Assembly: GCA_044229215.1 (NCBI GenBank)
Contig: JBGATL010000001.1
Span: 1 to 52,529, forward strand
Direction: 5' to 3'
Source: Flavobacteriales bacterium
Lineage (GTDB): Bacteria; Bacteroidota; Bacteroidia; Flavobacteriales_F; PHOS-HE28
Length of the DNA: 52,529 bases
Part shown: piece after piece, positions 47,390 through 52,529 of the stretch
How the letters are laid out: each line of letters opens with the position of its first letter
How positions within the stretch are numbered: the first letter of the stretch is position 1
Notes under the pieces: model-generated
Told to the model about the DNA's origin: nothing
Database searches by the model: none
Seen by the model: the letters and a program-made list of their open reading frames with translations, nothing else
Translations under genes and position numbers: made by a program

Positions 47390-48453
47390 CCCGATCGACG
47401 AGCCTGTTCTTTGCCACTCCCCTTCTGCTGGCCGGGTGTGGTGGTGGTGATGGACCGGAAGCCGGGGGCGGTGCCCCACCGAAGATGGCCGTACAGGTTC
47501 ACATCCTTCACGGGCACCCGCTGGACAACGCCTTCACCACCACGGGCACCCTGCTGTCCAACGAAGAGGTGGAGCTGCGCAGTGAGCTGAGCGGTCGCGT
47601 GGTGCAGATCGGCTTCGTGGAAGGCGGCAGGGTGAGTGCCGGCCAGGTGCTGCTGCGTATCAACGACGACGACCTGCAGGCGCAACTGCGCAAGGCCGAG
47701 GCCGGGTTGAAGCTGGCCCAGGACAGCGAAGCGCGCCAGAAGCACCTGCTCGAGGTGAACGGCATCAGCCGGGAAGTGTACGATGCCACCGTGGCCCAGC
47801 GCACCGGCATGCAAGCCGATGTGGACAACCTGCGCGCACAGGTCGCCAAGACCACCATCCGTGCGCCGTTCAGCGGGGCCATCGGCTTGCGCAACATCAG
47901 CGAGGGCGGCTATGTCTCCCCCAGCACGCTGATCGCCAACCTCAGGCAGACCGACCCCATGAAGCTGGACTTCACCGTGCCCGAGCGTTATGCCCGGCAG
48001 ATGAAGCCTGGGACCAGGGTGGCCTTCAAGCTGGAAGGCGATACCATGGACCACCATGCCGAGGTCTTCGCTGTGGAGCCCAGTGTGGACCTGAGCACGC
48101 GCAGCGTCAAGGTGCGCGCACGCAGTGCCAACCCGCACGGCCGCCTGGTCCCCGGAGCATTCGCCAAGGTGCTGGTGAAGCTGGAGACCATACCCGATGC
48201 CCTTACCATACCCGCCGAAGCGCTGATCCCAGACATCCAGGGCCAGAAAGTGATGGTGCTCAAAGGCGGTAAGGCACAAAGTGTACGCGTGGAGATCGGC
48301 ATCCGCACCGAGCATGAAGTGCAGCTGATCAGCAACGTACAACCTGGGGACTCGGTGATCACCAGCGCGCTTCTCGCCGTCAGGGACGGCATGCCGCTGC
48401 GGCCGGCGGAGAAGAAGGGGAAGGCTGCTGCTGACACGGTGGGTGGTCAATAG
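47386..48453 (+). CDS. RND efflux periplasmic adaptor (MFP) lipoprotein
   Basis: 355 aa. Lipobox LLLAGC. Lipoyl motif GFVEGGRVSAGQVLLRINDDDL. Also the coiled-coil hairpin RAPFSGAIGLRNISEGGYV and a beta-barrel/MP domain. Confidence 0.9.
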   Translation: MTRSTSLFFATPLLLAGCGGGDGPEAGGGAPPKMAVQVHILHGHPLDNAFTTTGTLLSNEEVELRSELSGRVVQIGFVEGGRVSAGQVLLRINDDDLQAQLRKAEAGLKLAQDSEARQKHLLEVNGISREVYDATVAQRTGMQADVDNLRAQVAKTTIRAPFSGAIGLRNISEGGYVSPSTLIANLRQTDPMKLDFTVPERYARQMKPGTRVAFKLEGDTMDHHAEVFAVEPSVDLSTRSVKVRARSANPHGRLVPGAFAKVLVKLETIPDALTIPAEALIPDIQGQKVMVLKGGKAQSVRVEIGIRTEHEVQLISNVQPGDSVITSALLAVRDGMPLRPAEKKGKAAADTVGGQ

Positions 48454-48527
48454 CGAATGGAGAACACGAACGCCCCAATGCCCATTCATCAGCACCCATT
48501 CGCCTTTCACACGGAGTGCCTGTATTC

Positions 48528-51500
48528 ATGAACATCAGCTCCCTCTCGATCAACCGGCCCGTGCTCGCCACGGTGATCTCGATCATCATCGTGCTCTTCG
48601 GGGTGATCGGCTTCACCTACCTGGGCGTGCGCGAATACCCCAGCGTGGACCCGCCGGTGATCACGGTGACCACCAACTATCCGGGAGCCAACGCGGACAT
48701 CATCGAGAGCCAGATCACCGAGGTGCTGGAGGAGAGCATCAACGGCATCGCGGGCATCCGCACGCTGAGCAGCGTGAGCGCTGATGGCCGCAGCACCATC
48801 ACCGTGGAGTTCGAGCTGGACCAGGACCTGGAGAGCGCAGCCAACGACGTACGCGACCGGGTGAGCCAGGCGGTACGCAACCTGCCGGCCGACGTGGACC
48901 CGCCCATCGTGCAGAAGAGTGATGCGGATAGCAGCCCGATCATCTCCATGACCATCCAGAGCGACCAGCGCTCCATGCTGGAGCTGAGCGAGATCGCCAA
49001 CAACGAGTTCAAGGAACGGCTGCAGACCATTCCGGGTGTGAGCGCGATCAACATCTGGGGCGAGAAGAAGTACAGCATGAAACTGGAGCTGGACCCCGTG
49101 AAGATGGCCGGCTACGGCATCACGCCGGGCGATGTGCGCAATGCCCTTGCACGCGAGAACGTGGAACTGCCCAGCGGCCGCATCGAAGGCTACCGCACGG
49201 AACTGAGCATCCGCACCATGGGCCGTCTGGAAACGCCCGAGCAATTCAACGACCTGATCCTGCGCGACGTGGACGGTGTGGTGGTGCGCCTGCGCGACGT
49301 GGGCCTGGCCGAGCTGCGGCCCGAGAACGAACGCAGCCTCTTGCGTGGCAACGGGGCGGTGCCGCAGGTGGCCGTGGCCATCACGCCGCAGCCAGGCAGC
49401 AACTACATCGCCATCGCCGATGCCTTCCACAAGCGTGTGGAGCAGATCAAGAAGGAGCTGCCCGATGACCTTCGGTACGACCTGGCGATGGACACCACCA
49501 TCGGCATCCGCAAGGCCATCAGCGAGGTGGAAGAGACCATCTTCATCGCCTTCGCCCTGGTGGTGCTCATCATCTTCCTCTTCCTGCGCGACTGGCGCAC
49601 CACCCTGATCCCCGTGCTGGCCATCCCCATCTCGCTGATCGGCGCCTTCTTCATCATGTACGTCGCGGGCTTCAGCATCAACATCCTCACCCTGCTGGCC
49701 GTGCTGCTGGCCACCGGCATCGTGGTGGACGATGCCATCGTGGTGCTGGAGAACATCTACAGCAAGATCGAAAAAGGCATGGACCCCATCCAGGCCGGAC
49801 ACGAGGGCAGCAAGGAGATCACCTTCGCCATCATCAGCATCACCATCACCCTGGCCGTGGTCTTCCTGCCGGTGATCTTCCTGAGCGGCCTCACGGGCCG
49901 CCTCTTCCGCGAGTTCGGCATCACGGTGGCCGGCGCGGTGATCATCAGTGCCGTGGTGAGCCTCACGCTCACCCCCATGATGAGCGCGCGTTTCCTCAAG
50001 CACAAGGAGAAGCAGAGCCGCTTCTTCACCGCCACCGAACGCCTGTTCAACCGCATGACCTCGGGCTACCACCGCTCGCTGGAACGCTTCATGCGCGTGC
50101 GCTGGACGGTGTGGCCCATCATGGCGCTGTGCCTCGCCGGCATCTTCGGCATCGGTTCCCTGCTCCAGAGCGAACTGGCACCCATGGAGGACAAGAGCCG
50201 TTTCATGGTGATGAGCACCGCGCCCGAAGGCACCAGCTTCGAGGTGATGAACGACTACCTCACGCAGATCATCCAGACCGTGGACACGCTGCCCGAACGG
50301 ACCTCGCTCCTGAGTGTGACGGCCCCTGGCTTCGGTACGGCCAGCAGCACCAACACCGGCTTCGTGCGCGTGACCCTCGTGCAACCCGATAAGCGCACGC
50401 GTACCCAGGATGAACTGGCCAAGCAGGTGATGGCACAGGTGCAACGGCACAACCTGGCGCGCAGCTTCGTGGTGCAGGAGCCCACCATCGGTGGCTCGCG
50501 CTTCACCAGCCTGCCGGTGCAGTACGTGATCCAGGCGCCCACCTTCGAGCAACTGCGCGAAGTGATCCCCGCCTTCATGGAAAAAGTGGCGGCGGACAAG
50601 ACCTTCCGCATCAGCGACCTCAACCTGAAGTTCAACAAGCCCGAACTGAACGTGGAGATCGACCGCGATCGCGCCCGCGCCCTGGGCGTCACCATGCGCG
50701 ACCTGGCCGAGACCCTGCAGCTCTACTTCAGCGGCCAGCGCTACGGCTACTTCATTCACAAGGGCAAACAGTACCAGGTGATCGGCCAGGCCACACGCAG
50801 CAACCGCGATGCGCCGGTGGACCTCAGCAGTGCCTTCGTGCGCAACGACAAGGGCCAGCTGATCCAGCTGGACAACCTGGTGCGCATGAGCGACCGCAGC
50901 ACGCCGCCGCAACTGTTCCGTTACAACCGGTATGTGAGCGCCACCGTGAGCGCCGACCCGGCGGAAGGCTTCACCATCGGCGACGGCATCGCGGCCATGG
51001 ACCGCATCTCCGCCGAAGTGCTGGACGACAGCTTCAGTACCGCACTGGCCGGCGTGAGCAAGGAATACGCCGAGAGCGGCTCCAGCATCTGGTTCGCCTT
51101 CGTGCTGGCCGTGGTCCTCGTGTTCCTCATCCTGGCCGCACAGTTCGAGAGCTGGCGTGACCCGTGGATCATCCTCAGCACCATCCTGCTCTCCATGACG
51201 GGCGCGGTGCTCAGCCTGTGGATCTTCGGCCACACGCTGAACATCTTCTCGCAGATCGGCATCATCGTGCTCGTGGGCCTGGTGACCAAGAACGGCATCC
51301 TCATCGTGGAATTCGCCAACCAGCGCAAGGAGCACGGACTTACGAAGTACGACGCCGTGATCGACTCGGCCACCCAGCGCCTGCGCCCCATCCTGATGAC
51401 CACCCTGGCCATGGTGCTCGGCGTGCTGCCCATCGCCCTGGGCCTGGGCGCCGCCGCCAAGAGCCGCATCCCCATGGGCATCGTGATCGTGGGCGGCCTG

Positions 51501-51632
51501 TTGTTCTCGCTGATCCTTACCCTCTACGTGGTGCCTGCGCTGTACAGTTATATGAGCCGGGAGCGAAAGGAAGGAAGTGAAGTGGTGAAAAAGGATGGCA
51601 GTGACAACCAACAAGCATCGTTGATCGCATGA
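48528..51632 (+). CDS. RND efflux pump inner-membrane permease (AcrB/HAE1-like)
   Basis: ORF 48516..51632 trimmed to the ATG at 48528 (MNISSLSINRPVLATVISIIIVLFG). 12-TM AcrB architecture with two large periplasmic loops. The TM4 motif is LLATGIVVDDAIVVLENI. Confidence 0.95.
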   Translation: MNISSLSINRPVLATVISIIIVLFGVIGFTYLGVREYPSVDPPVITVTTNYPGANADIIESQITEVLEESINGIAGIRTLSSVSADGRSTITVEFELDQDLESAANDVRDRVSQAVRNLPADVDPPIVQKSDADSSPIISMTIQSDQRSMLELSEIANNEFKERLQTIPGVSAINIWGEKKYSMKLELDPVKMAGYGITPGDVRNALARENVELPSGRIEGYRTELSIRTMGRLETPEQFNDLILRDVDGVVVRLRDVGLAELRPENERSLLRGNGAVPQVAVAITPQPGSNYIAIADAFHKRVEQIKKELPDDLRYDLAMDTTIGIRKAISEVEETIFIAFALVVLIIFLFLRDWRTTLIPVLAIPISLIGAFFIMYVAGFSINILTLLAVLLATGIVVDDAIVVLENIYSKIEKGMDPIQAGHEGSKEITFAIISITITLAVVFLPVIFLSGLTGRLFREFGITVAGAVIISAVVSLTLTPMMSARFLKHKEKQSRFFTATERLFNRMTSGYHRSLERFMRVRWTVWPIMALCLAGIFGIGSLLQSELAPMEDKSRFMVMSTAPEGTSFEVMNDYLTQIIQTVDTLPERTSLLSVTAPGFGTASSTNTGFVRVTLVQPDKRTRTQDELAKQVMAQVQRHNLARSFVVQEPTIGGSRFTSLPVQYVIQAPTFEQLREVIPAFMEKVAADKTFRISDLNLKFNKPELNVEIDRDRARALGVTMRDLAETLQLYFSGQRYGYFIHKGKQYQVIGQATRSNRDAPVDLSSAFVRNDKGQLIQLDNLVRMSDRSTPPQLFRYNRYVSATVSADPAEGFTIGDGIAAMDRISAEVLDDSFSTALAGVSKEYAESGSSIWFAFVLAVVLVFLILAAQFESWRDPWIILSTILLSMTGAVLSLWIFGHTLNIFSQIGIIVLVGLVTKNGILIVEFANQRKEHGLTKYDAVIDSATQRLRPILMTTLAMVLGVLPIALGLGAAAKSRIPMGIVIVGGLLFSLILTLYVVPALYSYMSRERKEGSEVVKKDGSDNQQASLIA

Positions 51633-52529
51633 AGCCCATTTTCATCTTCTCCCTTCTTCTCCTCTTCACCGGGCTATCGGCCCAGGACCGCCTTACCGCC
51701 GAGCAAGCCGTGGCCCTGGCCCTGGAGCACAACCACGGCATTCGTCTGGCCAAGCTCGATGCCCGCACCAGCGAACTGCTGAACAACGTGGGTAACGCCG
51801 GTATGCTGCCCACGCTGGACGCCAATGGCGTATACAGCATCGACAACAGCAGCGCCAAGCAGACCTTCTTCAGCGGCGAGGTGCGCGAGGCCAACAACGC
51901 CGATAGCCGCGTGCTCGACGGTGGCCTGGCCTTGAACTGGACCGTGTTCGACGGCCTGGCGATGTTCGCTGCGAAGGACCGATTGGGGACCCTGGAGCAG
52001 ATCGGCAGGACCGAGTTGCGGCAGCGGATGGAAAGCACCGTGTACGATGTGCTCACCGGCTACTACCTCGTGGTGCAGCTGAACAGCGCCGTGGCCGTGC
52101 AGCGCGAAGGGTTGCGCACCTCCCGCGAACGCCTCACCATCGCGGAGACCGGCCAACGCATCGGATCGAGCAGCGGCCTGCAAGTGGTGCAAGCCCAATT
52201 GGACCTCAGCGCCGACAGCGCCGCACTGCTGGACCTGGAGCAACAACGGACCATCGCCTTCAACCGCCTGAACACCCTGATGGGCCGCACCGCCGATACG
52301 CCCTTGACGGTGGATGCCGCGATCCCTCCGGCGGAGACCCTCGACCTCACTTCCATACAGAAGGACGCGAGGGACGGCAACAGCGTATTGCAGCAAGCCC
52401 GCCAACAACAACTGCTGACCGATGTGAGCGTGAAGGAATTACGCGGCACGCTCTTCCCGCGGATCGACCTTTTCGGCAACTACGGCTATACCAAAAGCAC
52501 CAGCGCGGTTGGCTTCCTGAAGAGCAACC
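51629..52529 (+). CDS. TolC-family outer-membrane efflux protein, N-terminal part (runs off the right edge)
   Basis: My translation from the ATG at 51629 (ATGA overlap with the pump stop) gives MKPIFIFSLLLLFTGLSAQDRLTAEQAVALALEHNHGIRLAKLD... with typical OEP repeats (LPTLDANGVYS, LALNWTVFDGLAMFAAK). The frame stays open to the window end. Confidence 0.88.
   Translation, partial: MKPIFIFSLLLLFTGLSAQDRLTAEQAVALALEHNHGIRLAKLDARTSELLNNVGNAGMLPTLDANGVYSIDNSSAKQTFFSGEVREANNADSRVLDGGLALNWTVFDGLAMFAAKDRLGTLEQIGRTELRQRMESTVYDVLTGYYLVVQLNSAVAVQREGLRTSRERLTIAETGQRIGSSSGLQVVQAQLDLSADSAALLDLEQQRTIAFNRLNTLMGRTADTPLTVDAAIPPAETLDLTSIQKDARDGNSVLQQARQQQLLTDVSVKELRGTLFPRIDLFGNYGYTKSTSAVGFLKSN

Noticed and set aside
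48507-51614. 1035-aa minus-strand ORF opposite the RND pump gene
   Set aside because: Same reasoning. The plus strand encodes a canonical AcrB-like pump, and the antisense translation is His/Gly/Ala/Asp-rich with no recognisable domain.

Overview
GC-rich chromosomal segment that looks like a Bacteroidota genome. The evidence is an exosortase K / MSEP-CTERM gene pair, a TonB-dependent receptor, TAnnTTTG-type -7 promoter motifs 22-24 nt before start codons, and many ATGA start/stop overlaps. I call about 45 protein genes. I saw no rRNA, tRNA, CRISPR array, transposase or integrase. Left to right: (1) a MacAB-like ABC efflux operon (permease, ATPase, HlyD adaptor). (2) An ECF sigma / membrane anti-sigma-like / giant TPR-CHAT protease operon. 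(3) A DUF4139 protein, a front-end fatty-acid desaturase and a secreted hypothetical. (4) xrtK plus its MSEP-CTERM substrate. (5) An AlkC-like repair protein, a membrane FMN glutamate-synthase-family protein and an interrupted lemA. (6) A ModE-like regulator / TonB-dependent receptor / small Mo-oxidoreductase-domain lipoprotein / HAD cluster. (7) DUF2024, protoglobin and a MarR with a Cys4 tail. (8) One long minus-strand respiratory nitrate reductase operon: dihaem cytochrome c, narGHJI, hemerythrin, moaA, Crp/Fnr. (9) Diverging from it, two NarK-type transporters, a CMD-family protein and an alginate-export-type porin. (10) A TehA/SLAC1-like anion channel with a coupled small membrane protein. 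(11) An OmpR/histidine-kinase pair. (12) A marR-RND efflux operon (MFP, AcrB-like pump, partial TolC). The most interesting signals are as follows. A shared ATGA-N6-TCAT (CRP/FNR-family-like) box sits at near-identical spacing from -7-like promoter elements in front of the nar operon, the narK operon and the ModE/TonB-receptor cluster. That links a candidate TonB-dependent molybdenum acquisition module to nitrate respiration. The sigma-coupled periplasmic CHAT protease and the XrtK/MSEP-CTERM sorting pair are both poorly understood systems. A family of mosaic intergenic repeats is present. lemA carries an in-frame TAA. All calls come from reading the translations and the DNA; no searches were run.
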